This document shows, piece by piece, positions 27,801 to 45,800 of a DNA stretch of 64,000 bases. Where the stretch lies: NCBI GenBank assembly GCA_964016885.1, contig OZ024740.1, positions 21,266,001 to 21,330,000 of the forward strand. The letters run 5' to 3'. The stretch's first letter is position 1, and every line of letters begins with the position of its first letter. A model generated the notes under the pieces. The model did no database searches and was not told the origin of the DNA. It saw only the letters and a list, made by a program, of their open reading frames with translations. This DNA is from Eledone cirrhosa. Lineage: Eukaryota. The position numbers and the translations under genes are program-made.

Positions 27801-30800
27801 CCCAACCTACATATTGTATAACATATTGAGAGCCCAACCTATATATTTTATAACATTTTGAGACCCCAACCTCCATATTTTATAACATATTGAGACCCCA
27901 ACGTACATATTTTATAACATGTTGAGACCCAAATCTACCTATTTTATAACATATTGAGACCCCAACCTACATATTGTATAACATATTGAGACCCCAAACT
28001 ACATATTATATAACATATTGAGAGCCCAACCTATATATTTTATGACATATTGAGACCCCAACCTCCATATTTTATAACATATTGAGACCCAAACCTACAT
28101 ATTTTATAACATATTGAGACCCCAAACTATATATTTTATAACATATTGAGACCCCAACCTACATATTTGATAACATATTGAGACCCCAACCTACATGTTT
28201 TATAACATATTGAGACCCCAACCTATATATTTTATAACATTGAGACCCCAACCTACATATTTTATAACATATTGAGACACCAACCTATATATTTTATAAC
28301 ATTTGACACCCCAACCTATATATTTTATCAAATATTTAGAGCCTCCAACCGACATATTTTATAACATATTGAGAACTCAACCTATATATTTTATAACATA
28401 TTGAGACCCCAATATATATATTTTATAACATATTGAGACCCCAACCTATATATTTTATCAAATATTTAGACCCTCCAACCTACATATTTTATAACATATT
28501 GAGACCGTCCAACCTACATATTTTATAACATATTGAGACCCCAAACTACATATTTTATAACATATTGAGACCCCAACCTATATATTTTATAACATATTGA
28601 GACCCCAACGTACATGTTTTATAACATATTGAGACCGCAACCTATATATTTTATAAAATATTTAGACCCTCCAACCTACATATTTTATAACATATTGAGA
28701 CCCCAAACTACATATTTTATAACATATTGAGACTCCAACCTACATATTTTATAACATATTGAGACGCCAACCTATATATATCATAACATGTTGAGACCCC
28801 AACCTACATATTTCATAACATATTGAGACCCCAAACTACATATTTTATAAAATATTGAGACCCTCCAACCCACATATTTTATAACATATTGAGACCACAA
28901 CCTATATATTTTATAACATATTGAGACCCCAACCTACATATTTTATAACATTGAGACCCCAACCTATATATTTTATAACATATTGAGACCCTCCAACCTA
29001 CATATTTTATAACATGTTGAGCCCCCAACCTATATATTTTATAACATATTGAGACCCCAACCTATATATTTTATAACATATTGAGACCCCAACCTACATA
29101 TTTGATAACATATTGAGACCCCAAACTATATATTTTATAACATATTGAAACCCCAACCTATATATTTTATAACATATTCAGACCCTCCAACCTATATATT
29201 TTATAACATATTGAGACCCCAACCTAAATATTTTATAACATATTGAGACCCCAAACTCCATATTTTATAACATATTGAGACCCCAACCTACATATTTTAT
29301 AACATATTGAGACCCAAATCTACATATTTTATAATACATTGAGAGCCCAACCTATATATTTTATGACATATTGAGACCCCAACCTCCATATTTTATAACA
29401 TATTGAGACTCCAACCTACATATTTTATAACATATTGAGACGTCAACCTATATATTTTATAACATATTGAGACCCAAACCTACATATTTTATAACATATT
29501 GAGACCCCAAACTATATATTTTATAACATATTGAGACCCCAACCTATATATTTTATAACATATTGAGACCCCAACCTACATATTTTATAACATATTGAGA
29601 CCCAAATCTACATATTTTATAACATATTGAGACCCCAACCTACATATTGTATAACATATTGAGACCCCAACCTACATATTTTATAACATATTGAGACCCC
29701 AACCTATATATTTTATAACATATTGAGACCCCAAACTATATATTTTATAACATATTGAGACCACAACCTATATATTTTATAACATATTGAGACTCTCCAA
29801 CCTATATATTTTATAACATATTGACATCCCAAACTATATATTTTATAACACATTGACACCCCAACCTACATATTTTATAACATATTGAGACCCTCAAACC
29901 TATATATTTTATAACATATTGAGACCCCAACCTATATATTTTATAACATATTGAGACCACAACCTATATATTTTATAACATATTGAGACCCCAACCTATA
30001 AATTTTATAACATATTGAGACCCCAACCTACATAGTTTATAACATATTGAGACCCAAATCTACATATTTTATAACATATTGAGACCCCAAACTACATATT
30101 ATATAACATATTGAGAGCCCAGCGTATATATTTTATAACATATTGAGACCCCAACCTCCATATTTTATAACATATTGAGACTCCAACCTACATATTTTAT
30201 AACATATTGAGACCCCAACCTACATATTGTATAACATATTGAGACCCCAAACTACATATTATATAACATATTGAGAGCCCAACCTATATATTTTATGACA
30301 TATTGAGACCCAAACCTACATATTTTATAACATATTGAGACTCCAACCTACATATTGTAGAACATATTGAGTCCCCAAACTTCATATTTTATAACATATT
30401 GAGACCCCAAACTATATATTTCATAACATATTGAGACTCCAAACTACATATTGTAGAACATATTGAGACCCCAAACTACATATTTTATAACATATTGAGA
30501 CCCAAACCTACATATTTGATAACATATTGAGACCCAAACCTACATATTTTATAACATATTGAGACCTAAACCTACATATTTTATAACATATTGAGACCCT
30601 CCAACCTATATATTTTATAACATGTGGAGACTCCAACCTACATATTGTAGAACATATTGAGACCCCAAACTACATATTGTTGAACATATTGAGACCCCAA
30701 CCTACATATTTTATAACATATTGAGACCCGAACATATATATTTTAAAGCATATTGAGACCCTCCAAACTATATATTTTATAACATATTGAGACCCCAACC

Positions 30801-33800
30801 TATATATTTTATAACATATTGAGACCATCCAACCTACATATTATATAACATATTGAGACCCCAACCTATATATTTTAGAACATATTGAGACCCCAACCTA
30901 CATGGTTTATAACATATTGAGATCCCAACCTATATATTTTATAGCATATTGAGACTCCAACCTAAATATTGTAGAACATATTGAGATCCCAAACTACATA
31001 TTGTAGAACATATTGAGACCCCAACCTACATAGTTTATAACATATTGAGACCCCAACCTATATATTTTATAACATATTGAGACCATCCAACCTACATATT
31101 ATATAACATATTGAGACCCCAACCTATATATTTTAGAACATATTGAGACCCCAACCTACATAGTTTATAACATATTGAGACCCCAACCTATATATTTTAT
31201 AACATATTGAGACCCCAACCTACATATTTTATAACATATTGAGACCCAAACCTACATATTTTATAACATATTGAGACCCCAACCTATATATTGTATAACA
31301 TATTGAGAGCCCAACCTACATGTTGTATAACATATTGAGACCCCAAACTACATATTATATAACATATTGAGACCCCAACCTATATATTTTATGAAATATT
31401 GAGACCCCAACCTCCATATTTTATAACATATTGAGACCCCAACCTACATATTTTATAACATATTGAGACCTCAACCTATATATTTTATAACATATTGAGA
31501 CCCTCCAACCTATATATTTTATAACATATTGAGATCCCAACCTACATATTTTATAACATTGAGACCCCAACCTACATATTTTATAACATATTGAGACCCC
31601 AACCTATATATTTCATAACATATTGAGACCCCAACCTACATATTTTATAAAATATTGAGACACTCCAACCTACATATTTTATAACATATTGAGACCCCAA
31701 CCTACATATTTTATAACATATTGAGACCCCAACCTACATATTTTATAACATATTGAGACCCCAAACTACATAATTTATAACATATTGAGACCCAACCTAT
31801 ATATTTTATAACATATTGAGAACTCAACCTATATATTTTATAACATATTGTGACCCCAACCTAAATATTTTATAACATATTGAGACCCCAACCTATATAT
31901 TTTATAACATATTGAAACCCCAACCTACATATTTTATAACATATTGAGACCCCAAACTACATATTTTATAACATATTGAGACCCCAATCTACATATTTTA
32001 TAACATATTGAGACCCCAACCTACATATTTTATAACATATTGAGACCCCAACCTACATATCTTATAACATATTGAGACCCCAAACTACATATTTTATAAC
32101 ATATTGAGACCCCAATCTACATATTTTATAACATATTTAGACCCCAACCTATATATTTTATAACATATTGAGACCCCAATCTATATATTTTATAACATAT
32201 TGAGACCCCAACCTACATATTTTATAACATATTGAGACCCCAATCTACATATTTTATAACATATTGAGATCCCAACCTACATATTATATAACATATTGAG
32301 ACCCCAACCAACATATTTTATAACATATTGAGACCCCAAACTACATATTTTATAACATATTGAAACCCCAATCTACATATTTTATAACATATTGAGACCC
32401 CAACCTATATATTTTATAACATATTGAGACCCCAACCTATATATTTCATAACATATTGAGACCCCAACCTACATATTTTATAACATATTGAGACCCCAAC
32501 CTATATATTTTACAACATATTGAGACCCCAAACTATATATTTTATAACATATTGAGACCACAACCTATATATTTTATAACATATTGAGACTCTCCAACCT
32601 ATATATTTTGTAACATATTGACATCCCAAACTATATATTTTATAACATTTTGACACCCCAACCTACATATTTTATAACATATTGAGACCCTCAAACCTAT
32701 ATATTTTATAACATATTGAGACCCCAACCTACATATTTTATAACATATCGAGACCCCAACCTACATATTTTATAACATATTGAGACCCTCCAAACTATAT
32801 ATTTTATAACATATTGAGACCCCAACCTACATATTGTATAACATATTGAGACCCCAAACTACATATTTCATAACATATTGAGACTCCAACCTACATATTT
32901 TATAACATATTGAGACCCCAACCTACATATTTTGTAACATATTGAGACCCCAAACTAATATTTTATAACATATTGAGACCCCAATCTACATATTTTATAA
33001 CATATTGAGACCCCAACCTATATATTTTATAACATATTGAGACCCCAACCTATATATTTTATAACATATTGAGACCCCAACCTACATATTTTATAAAATA
33101 TTGAGACCCCAACCTACATATTTTATAACATATTGAGACCCCAACCTATATATTTTATAACATATTGAGACCCCAAACTATATATTTTATAACATATTGA
33201 GACCACAACCTATATATTTTATAACATATTGAGACTCTCCAACCTATATATTTTATAACATATTGACACCCCAACCTACATATTTTATAATATATTGAGA
33301 CCCTCAAACCTATATATTTTATAACATATTGAGACCCCAACCTACATATTTTATAACATATTGAGACCCCAACCTATATATTTTATAACATATTGAGACC
33401 CCAACCTATATATTTTATAACATATTGAGACCCCAACCTACATATTTTATAACATATTGAGACCACAACCTATATATTTTATAACATATTGAGACTCTCC
33501 AACCTATATATTTTATAACATATTGACATCCCAAACTATATATTTTATAACATATTGACATCCCAACCTACATATTTTATAACATATTGAGACCCTCAAA
33601 CCTATATATTTTATAACATATTGAGACCCCAACCTACATATTTTATAACATATTGAGACCCCAACCTACATATTTTATAACATATTGAGACCCTCCAAAC
33701 TATATATTTTATAACATATTGAGACCCCAACCTACATATTGTATAACATTTTGAGACCCCAAACTAAATATTTTATAACATATGGAGACCCTAACATATA

Positions 33801-36800
33801 TATTTTATAACATATTGAGACCCTCCAACCTACATATCTTATGACATATTGAGACCCCCAACCTACATAATTTATAACATATTGAGACCCCAACCTACAT
33901 ATTTTATAACATATTGAGACCCCAACCTATATATTTTATAACATATTGACACCCCAACCTATATATTTTATAAAATATTTAGACCCTCCAACCGACATGT
34001 TTTATAACATATTGAGAACTCAACCTATATATTTTATAACATATTGAGACCCCAATATATATATTTTACAACATATTGAGACCCCAACCTATATATTTTA
34101 TAAAATATTTAGACCCTCCAACCTACATATTTTATAACATATTGAGACCCTCGAACCTACATATTTTATAACATATTGTGACCCCAAACTACATATTTTA
34201 AAACATATTGAGACCCAAACTATATATTTTATAACATATTGAGACCCCAACGTACATATTTTATAACATATTGAGACCCCAACCTATATATTTTATAAAA
34301 TATTTAGACCCTCCAACCTACATATTTTATAACATATTGAGACCCCAAACTACATATTTCATAACATATTGAGACTCCAACCTACATATTTTATAACATA
34401 TTGAGACCCCAACCTATATATATTATAACATGTTGAGACCCCAACCTACATATTTCATAACATATTGAGACCCCAAACTATATATTTTATAACATATTGA
34501 GACCCCTAACTATATATTTTATAACATATTGAGACCCCAAACTATATATTTTATAACATATTGAGACCCTCCAACCTATATATTTTATAACATATTGAGA
34601 CCCCCAACCTACATATTTTATAACATATTGACACCCTCAAACCTATATATTTTATAACATATTGAGACCCCAACCTACATATTTTATAACATATTGAGAC
34701 CCCAACCAAATATATTTTATAACATATTGAGACCCCAACCTACATGTTTTATAACATATTGAAACCATCCAACCTACATAATTTATAACATATTGAGACC
34801 CCAACCTATATATTTTATAACATATTGAGACCATCCAACCTACATATTTTATAACATATTGAGACCCCAACCTACATATTTTACATCATATTGTGACCCC
34901 AACCTATATATTTTATAACATATTGAGACCCCCAACCTATATATTTTATAACATATTGAGACCCCAACCTATATATTTTATAACATATTGAGACCCCAAC
35001 CTATATATTTCATAACATATTGAGACCCCAATCTATATATTTTATAACATCTTGAGACCCCATCCTATATATTTTATGAGATATTGAGACGTCAACCTAC
35101 ATATTTTATAACATATTGAGACCCCAACCTATATATTTCATAACATATTGAGACCCCAATCTATATATTTTATAACATCTTGAGACCCCATCCTATATAT
35201 TTTATGAGATATTGAGACGTCAACCTACATATTTTATAACATATTGAGACACTCCAACCTACATATTTTATAACATATTGAGACCCCAACCTACATATTT
35301 TATAACATATTGAGACCCCAACCTACATATTTTATAACATATTGAGACCCCAAACTACATAATTTATAACATATTGAGACCCAACCTATATATTTTATAA
35401 CATATTGAGAACTCAACCTATATATTTTATAACATATTGTGACCCCAACCTAAATATTTTATAACATATTGAGACCCCAACCTATATATTTTATAACATA
35501 TTGAAACCCCAACCTACATATTTTATAACATATTGAGACCCCAAACTACATATTTTATAACATATTGAGACCCCAATCTACATATTTTATAACATATTGA
35601 GACCCCAACCTACATATTTTATAACATATTGAGACCCCAACCTACATATCTTATAACATATTGAGACCCCAAACTACATATTTTATAACATATTGAGACC
35701 CCAATCTACATATTTTATAACATATTTAGACCCCAACCTATATATTTTATAACATATTGAGACCCCAATCTATATATTTTATAACATATTGAGACCCCAA
35801 CCTACATATTTTATAACATATTGAGACCCCAATCTACATATTTTATAACATATTGAGATCCCAACCTACATATTATATAACATATTGAGACCCCAACCAA
35901 CATATTTTATAACATATTGAGACCCCAAACTACATATTTTATAACATATTGAAACCCCAATCTACATATTTTATAACATATTGAGACCCCAACCTATATA
36001 TTTTATAACATATTGAGACCCCAACCTATATATTTCATAACATATTGAGACCCCAACCTACATATTTTATAACATATTGAGACCCCAACCTATATATTTT
36101 ACAACATATTGAGACCCCAAACTATATATTTTATAACATATTGAGACCACAACCTATATATTTTATAACATATTGAGACTCTCCAACCTATATATTTTGT
36201 AACATATTGACATCCCAAACTATATATTTTATAACATTTTGACACCCCAACCTACATATTTTATAACATATTGAGACCCTCAAACCTATATAGTTTATAA
36301 CATATTGAGACCCCAACCTACATATTTTATAACATATCGAGACCCCAACCTACATATTTTATAACATATTGAGACCCTCCAAACTATATATTTTATAACA
36401 TATTGAGACCCCAACCTACATATTGTATAACATATTGAGACCCCAAACTACATATTTCATAACATATTGAGACTCCAACCTACATATTTTATAACATATT
36501 GAGACCCCAACCTACATATTTTGTAACATATTGAGACCCCAAACTACATATTTTATAACATATTGAGACCCCAATCTACATATTTTATAACATATTGAGA
36601 CCCCAACCTATATATTTTATAACATATTGAGACCCCAACCTATATATTTTATAACATATTGAGACCCCAACCTACATATTTTATAAAATATTGAGACCCC
36701 AACCTACATATTTTATAACATATTGAGACCCCAACCTATATATTTTATAACATATTGAGACCCCAAACTATATATTTTATAACATATTGAGACCACAACC

Positions 36801-39800
36801 TATATATTTTATAACATATTGAGACCCCAATCTATATATTTTATAACATCTTGAGACCCCATCCTATATATTTTATGAGATATTGAGACGTCAACCTACA
36901 TATTTTATAACATATTGAGACCCCAACCTATATATTTCATAACATATTGAGACCCCAATCTATATATTTTATAACATCTTGAGACCCCATCCTATATATT
37001 TTATGAGATATTGAGACGTCAACCTACATATTTTATAACATATTGAGACACTCCAACCTACATATTTTATAACATATTGAGACCCCAACCTACATATTTT
37101 ATAACATATTGAGACCCCAACCTACATATTTTATAACATATTGAGACCCCAAACTACATAATTTATAACATATTGAGACCCAACCTATATATTTTATAAC
37201 ATATTGAGAACTCAACCTATATATTTTATAACATATTGTGACCCCAACCTAAATATTTTATAACATATTGAGACCCCAACCTATATATTTTATAACATAT
37301 TGAAACCCCAACCTACATATTTTATAACATATTGAGACCCCAAACTACATATTTTATAACATATTGAGACCCCAATCTACATATTTTATAACATATTGAG
37401 ACCCCAACCTACATATTTTATAACATATTGAGACCCCAACCTACATATCTTATAACATATTGAGACCCCAAACTACATATTTTATAACATATTGAGACCC
37501 CAATCTACATATTTTATAACATATTTAGACCCCAACCTATATATTTTATAACATATTGAGACCCCAATCTATATATTTTATAACATATTGAGACCCCAAC
37601 CTACATATTTTATAACATATTGAGACCCCAATCTACATATTTTATAACATATTGAGATCCCAACCTACATATTATATAACATATTGAGACCCCAACCAAC
37701 ATATTTTATAACATATTGAGACCCCAAACTACATATTTTATAACATATTGAAACCCCAATCTACATATTTTATAACATATTGAGACCCCAACCTATATAT
37801 TTTATAACATATTGAGACCCCAACCTATATATTTCATAACATATTGAGACCCCAACCTACATATTTTATAACATATTGAGACCCCAACCTATATATTTTA
37901 CAACATATTGAGACCCCAAACTATATATTTTATAACATATTGAGACCACAACCTATATATTTTATAACATATTGAGACTCTCCAACCTATATATTTTGTA
38001 ACATATTGACATCCCAAACTATATATTTTATAACATTTTGACACCCCAACCTACATATTTTATAACATATTGAGACCCTCAAACCTATATATTTTATAAC
38101 ATATTGAGACCCCAACCTACATATTTTATAACATATCGAGACCCCAACCTACATATTTTATAACATATTGAGACCCTCCAAACTATATATTTTATAACAT
38201 ATTGAGACCCCAACCTACATATTGTATAACATATTGAGACCCCAAACTACATATTTCATAACATATTGAGACTCCAACCTACATATTTTATAACATATTG
38301 AGACCCCAACCTACATATTTTGTAACATATTGAGACCCCAAACTACATATTTTATAACATATTGAGACCCCAATCTACATATTTTATAACATATTGAGAC
38401 CCCAACCTATATATTTTATAACATATTGAGACCCCAACCTATATATTTTATAACATATTGAGACCCCAACCTACATATTTTATAAAATATTGAGACCCCA
38501 ACCTACATATTTTATAACATATTGAGACCCCAACCTATATATTTTATAACATATTGAGACCCCAAACTATATATTTTATAACATATTGAGACCACAACCT
38601 ATATATTTTATAACATATTGAGACTCTCCAACCTATATATTTTATAACATATTGACACCCCAACCTACATATTTTATAATATATTGAGACCCTCAAACCT
38701 ATATATTTTATAACATATTGAGACCCCAACCTACATATTTTATAACATATTGAGACCCCAACCTATATATTTTATAACATATTGAGACCCCAACCTATAT
38801 ATTTTATAACATATTGAGACCCCAACCTACATATTTTATAACATATTGAGACCACAACCTATATATTTTATAACATATTGAGACTCTCCAACCTATATAT
38901 TTTATAACATATTGACATCCCAAACTATATATTTTATAACATATTGACATCCCAACCTACATATTTTATAACATATTGAGACCCTCAAACCTATATATTT
39001 TATAACATATTGAGACCCCAACCTACATATTTTATAACATATTGAGACCCCAACCTACATATTTTATAACATATTGAGACCCTCCAAACTATATATTTTA
39101 TAACATATTGAGACCCCAACCTACATATTGTATAACATTTTGAGACCCCAAACTAAATATTTTATAACATATGGAGACCCTAACATATATATTTTATAAC
39201 ATATTGAGACCCTCCAACCTACATATCTTATGACATATTGAGACCCCCAACCTACATAATTTATAACATATTGAGACCCCAACCTACATATTTTATAACA
39301 TATTGAGACCCCAACCTATATATTTTATAACATATTGACACCCCAACCTATATATTTTATAAAATATTTAGACCCTCCAACCGACATGTTTTATAACATA
39401 TTGAGAACTCAACCTATATATTTTATAACATATTGAGACCCCAATATATATATTTTACAACATATTGAGACCCCAACCTATATATTTTATAAAATATTTA
39501 GACCCTCCAACCTACATATTGTATAACATATTGAGACCCTCGAACCTACATATTTTATAACATATTGTGACCCCAAACTACATATTTTAAAACATATTGA
39601 GACCCAAACTATATATTTTATAACATATTGAGACCCCAACGTACATATTTTATAACATATTGAGACCCCAACCTATATATTTTATAAAATATTTAGACCC
39701 TCCAACCTACATATTTTATAACATATTGAGACCCCAAACTACATATTTCATAACATATTGAGACTCCAACCTACATATTTTATAACATATTGAGACCCCA

Positions 39801-42800
39801 ACCTATATATATTATAACATGTTGAGACCCCAACCTACATATTTCATAACATATTGAGACCCCAAACTATATATTTTATAACATATTGAGACCCCTAACT
39901 ATATATTTTATAACATATTGAGACCCCAAACTATATATTTTATAACATATTGAGACCCTCCAACCTATATATTTTATAACATATTGAGACCCCCAACCTA
40001 CATATTTTATAACATATTGACACCCTCAAACCTATATATTTTATAACATATTGAGACCCCAACCTACATATTTTATAACATATTGAGACCCCAACCAAAT
40101 ATATTTTATAACATATTGAGACCCCAACCTACATGTTTTATAACATATTGAAACCATCCAACCTACATAATTTATAACATATTGAGACCCCAACCTATAT
40201 ATTTTATAACATATTGAGACCATCCAACCTACATATTTTATAACATATTGAGACCCCAACCTACATATTTTACATCATATTGTGACCCCAACCTATATAT
40301 TTTATAACATATTGAGACCCCCAACCTATATATTTTATAACATATTGAGACCCCAACCTATATATTTTATAACATATTGAGACCCCAACCTATATATTTC
40401 ATAACATATTGAGACCCCAATCTATATATTTTATAACATCTTGAGACCCCATCCTATATATTTTATGAGATATTGAGACGTCAACCTACATATTTTATAA
40501 CATATTGAGACCCCAACCTATATATTTCATAACATATTGAGACCCCAATCTATATATTTTATAACATCTTGAGACCCCATCCTATATATTTTATGAGATA
40601 TTGAGACGTCAACCTACATATTTTATAACATATTGAGACACTCCAACCTACATATTTTATAACATATTGAGACCCCAAAATACATATTTTATAACATATT
40701 GAGACCCCAACCTACATATTTTATAACATATTGAGACCCCAAACTACATAATTTATAACATATTGAGACCCAACCTATATATTTTATAACATATTGAGAA
40801 CTCAACCTATATATTTTATAACATATTGTGACCCCAACCTAAATATTTTATAACATATTGAGACCCCAACCTATATATTTTATAACATATTGAAACCCCA
40901 ACCTACATATTTTATAACATATTGAGACCCCAAACTACATATTTTATAACATATTGAGACCCCAATCTACATATTTTATAACATATTGAGACCCCAACCT
41001 ACATATTTTATAACATATTGAGACCCCAACCTACATATCTTATAACATATTGAGACCCCAAACTACATATTTTATAACATATTGAGACCCCAATCTACAT
41101 ATTTTATAACATATTTAGACCCCAACCTATATATTTTATAACATATTGAGACCCCAATCTATATATTTTATAACATATTGAGACCCCAACCTACATATTT
41201 TATAACATATTGAGACCCCAATCTACATATTTTATAACATATTGAGATCCCAACCTACATATTATATAACATATTGAGACCCCAACCAACATATTTTATA
41301 ACATATTGAGACCCCAAACTACATATTTTATAACATATTGAAACCCCAATCTACATATTTTATAACATATTGAGACCCCAACCTATATATTTTATAACAT
41401 ATTGAGACCCCAACCTATATATTTCATAACATATTGAGACCCCAACCTACATATTTTATAACATATTGAGACCCCAACCTATATATTTTACAACATATTG
41501 AGACCCCAAACTATATATTTTATAACATATTGAGACCACAACCTATATATTTTATAACATATTGAGACTCTCCAACCTATATATTTTGTAACATATTGAC
41601 ATCCCAAACTATATATTTTATAACATTTTGACACCCCAACCTACATATTTTATAACATATTGAGACCCTCAAACCTATATAGTTTATAACATATTGAGAC
41701 CCCAACCTACATATTTTATAACATATCGAGACCCCAACCTACATATTTTATAACATATTGAGACCCTCCAAACTATATATTTTATAACATATTGAGACCC
41801 CAACCTACATATTGTATAACATATTGAGACCCCAAACTACATATTTCATAACATATTGAGACTCCAACCTACATATTTTATAACATATTGAGACCCCAAC
41901 CTACATATTTTGTAACATATTGAGACCCCAAACTACATATTTTATAACATATTGAGACCCCAATCTACATATTTTATAACATATTGAGACCCCAACCTAT
42001 ATATTTTATAACATATTGAGACCCCAACCTATATATTTTATAACATATTGAGACCCCAACCTACATATTTTATAAAATATTGAGACCCCAACCTACATAT
42101 TTTATAACATATTGAGACCCCAACCTATATATTTTATAACATATTGAGACCCCAAACTATATATTTTATAACATATTGAGACCACAACCTATATATTTTA
42201 TAACATATTGAGACCCCAATCTATATATTTTATAACATCTTGAGACCCCATCCTATATATTTTATGAGATATTGAGACGTCAACCTACATATTTTATAAC
42301 ATATTGAGACCCCAACCTATATATTTCATAACATATTGAGACCCCAATCTATATATTTTATAACATCTTGAGACCCCATCCTATATATTTTATGAGATAT
42401 TGAGACGTCAACCTACATATTTTATAACATATTGAGACACTCCAACCTACATATTTTATAACATATTGAGACCCCAACCTACATATTTTATAACATATTG
42501 AGACCCCAACCTACATATTTTATAACATATTGAGACCCCAAACTACATAATTTATAACATATTGAGACCCAACCTATATATTTTATAACATATTGAGAAC
42601 TCAACCTATATATTTTATAACATATTGTGACCCCAACCTAAATATTTTATAACATATTGAGACCCCAACCTATATATTTTATAACATATTGAAACCCCAA
42701 CCTACATATTTTATAACATATTGAGACCCCAAACTACATATTTTATAACATATTGAGACCCCAATCTACATATTTTATAACATATTGAGACCCCAACCTA

Positions 42801-45800
42801 CATATTTTATAACATATTGAGACCCCAACCTACATATCTTATAACATATTGAGACCCCAAACTACATATTTTATAACATATTGAGACCCCAATCTACATA
42901 TTTTATAACATATTTAGACCCCAACCTATATATTTTATAACATATTGAGACCCCAATCTATATATTTTATAACATATTGAGACCCCAACCTACATATTTT
43001 ATAACATATTGAGACCCCAATCTACATATTTTATAACATATTGAGATCCCAACCTACATATTATATAACATATTGAGACCCCAACCAACATATTTTATAA
43101 CATATTGAGACCCCAAACTACATATTTTATAACATATTGAAACCCCAATCTACATATTTTATAACATATTGAGACCCCAACCTATATATTTTATAACATA
43201 TTGAGACCCCAACCTATATATTTCATAACATATTGAGACCCCAACCTACATATTTTATAACATATTGAGACCCCAACCTATATATTTTACAACATATTGA
43301 GACCCCAAACTATATATTTTATAACATATTGAGACCACAACCTATATATTTTATAACATATTGAGACTCTCCAACCTATATATTTTGTAACATATTGACA
43401 TCCCAAACTATATATTTTATAACATTTTGACACCCCAACCTACATATTTTATAACATATTGAGACCCTCAAACCTATATATTTTATAACATATTGAGACC
43501 CCAACCTACATATTTTATAACATATCGAGACCCCAACCTACATATTTTATAACATATTGAGACCCTCCAAACTATATATTTTATAACATATTGAGACCCC
43601 AACCTACATATTGTATAACATATTGAGACCCCAAACTACATATTTCATAACATATTGAGACTCCAACCTACATATTTTATAACATATTGAGACCCCAACC
43701 TACATATTTTGTAACATATTGAGACCCCAAACTACATATTTTATAACATATTGAGACCCCAATCTACATATTTTATAACATATTGAGACCCCAACCTATA
43801 TATTTTATAACATATTGAGACCCCAACCTATATATTTTATAACATATTGAGACCCCAACCTACATATTTTATAAAATATTGAGACCCCAACCTACATATT
43901 TTATAACATATTGAGACCCCAACCTATATATTTTATAACATATTGAGACCCCAAACTATATATTTTATAACATATTGAGACCACAACCTATATATTTTAT
44001 AACATATTGAGACTCTCCAACCTATATATTTTATAACATATTGACACCCCAACCTACATATTTTATAATATATTGAGACCCTCAAAACTATATATTTTAT
44101 AACATATTGAGACCCCAACCTACATATTTTATAACATATTGAGACCCCAACCTATATATTTTATAACATATTGAGACCCCAACCTATATATTTTATAACA
44201 TATTGAGACCCCAACCTACATATTTTATAACATATTGAGACCACAACCTATATATTTTATAACATATTGAGACTCTCCAACCTATATATTTTATAACATA
44301 TTGACATCCCAAACTATATATTTTATAACATATTGACATCCCAACCTACATATTTTATAACATATTGAGACCCTCAAACCTATATATTTTATAACATATT
44401 GAGACCCCAACCTACATATTTTATAACATATTGAGACCCCAACCTACATATTTTATAACATATTGAGACCCTCCAAACTATATATTTTATAACATATTGA
44501 GACCCCAACCTACATATTGTATAACATTTTGAGACCCCAAACTAAATATTTTATAACATATGGAGACCCTAACATATATATTTTATAACATATTGAGACC
44601 CTCCAACCTACATATCTTATGACATATTGAGACCCCCAACCTACATAATTTATAACATATTGAGACCCCAACCTACATATTTTATAACATATTGAGACCC
44701 CAACCTATATATTTTATAACATATTGACACCCCAACCTATATATTTTATAAAATATTTAGACCCTCCAACCGACATGTTTTATAACATATTGAGAACTCA
44801 ACCTATATATTTTATAACATATTGAGACCCCAATATATATATTTTACAACATATTGAGACCCCAACCTATATATTTTATAAAATATTTAGACCCTCCAAC
44901 CTACATATTGTATAACATATTGAGACCCTCGAACCTACATATTTTATAACATATTGTGACCCCAAACTACATATTTTAAAACATATTGAGACCCAAACTA
45001 TATATTTTATAACATATTGAGACCCCAACGTACATATTTTATAACATATTGAGACCCCAACCTATATATTTTATAAAATATTTAGACCCTCCAACCTACA
45101 TATTTTATAACATATTGAGACCCCAAACTACATATTTCATAACATATTGAGACTCCAACCTACATATTTTATAACATATTGAGACCCCAACCTATATATA
45201 TTATAACATGTTGAGACCCCAACCTACATATTTCATAACATATTGAGACCCCAAACTATATATTTTATAACATATTGAGACCCCTAACTATATATTTTAT
45301 AACATATTGAGACCCCAAACTATATATTTTATAACATATTGAGACCCTCCAACCTATATATTTTATAACATATTGAGACCCCCAACCTACATATTTTATA
45401 ACATATTGACACCCTCAAACCTATATATTTTATAACATATTGAGACCCCAACCTACATATTTTATAACATATTGAGACCCCAACCAAATATATTTTATAA
45501 CATATTGAGACCCCAACCTACATGTTTTATAACATATTGAAACCATCCAACCTACATAATTTATAACATATTGAGACCCCAACCTATATATTTTATAACA
45601 TATTGAGACCATCCAACCTACATATTTTATAACATATTGAGACCCCAACCTACATATTTTACATCATATTGTGACCCCAACCTATATATTTTATAACATA
45701 TTGAGACCCCCAACCTATATATTTTATAACATATTGAGACCCCAACCTATATATTTTATAACATATTGAGACCCCAACCTATATATTTCATAACATATTG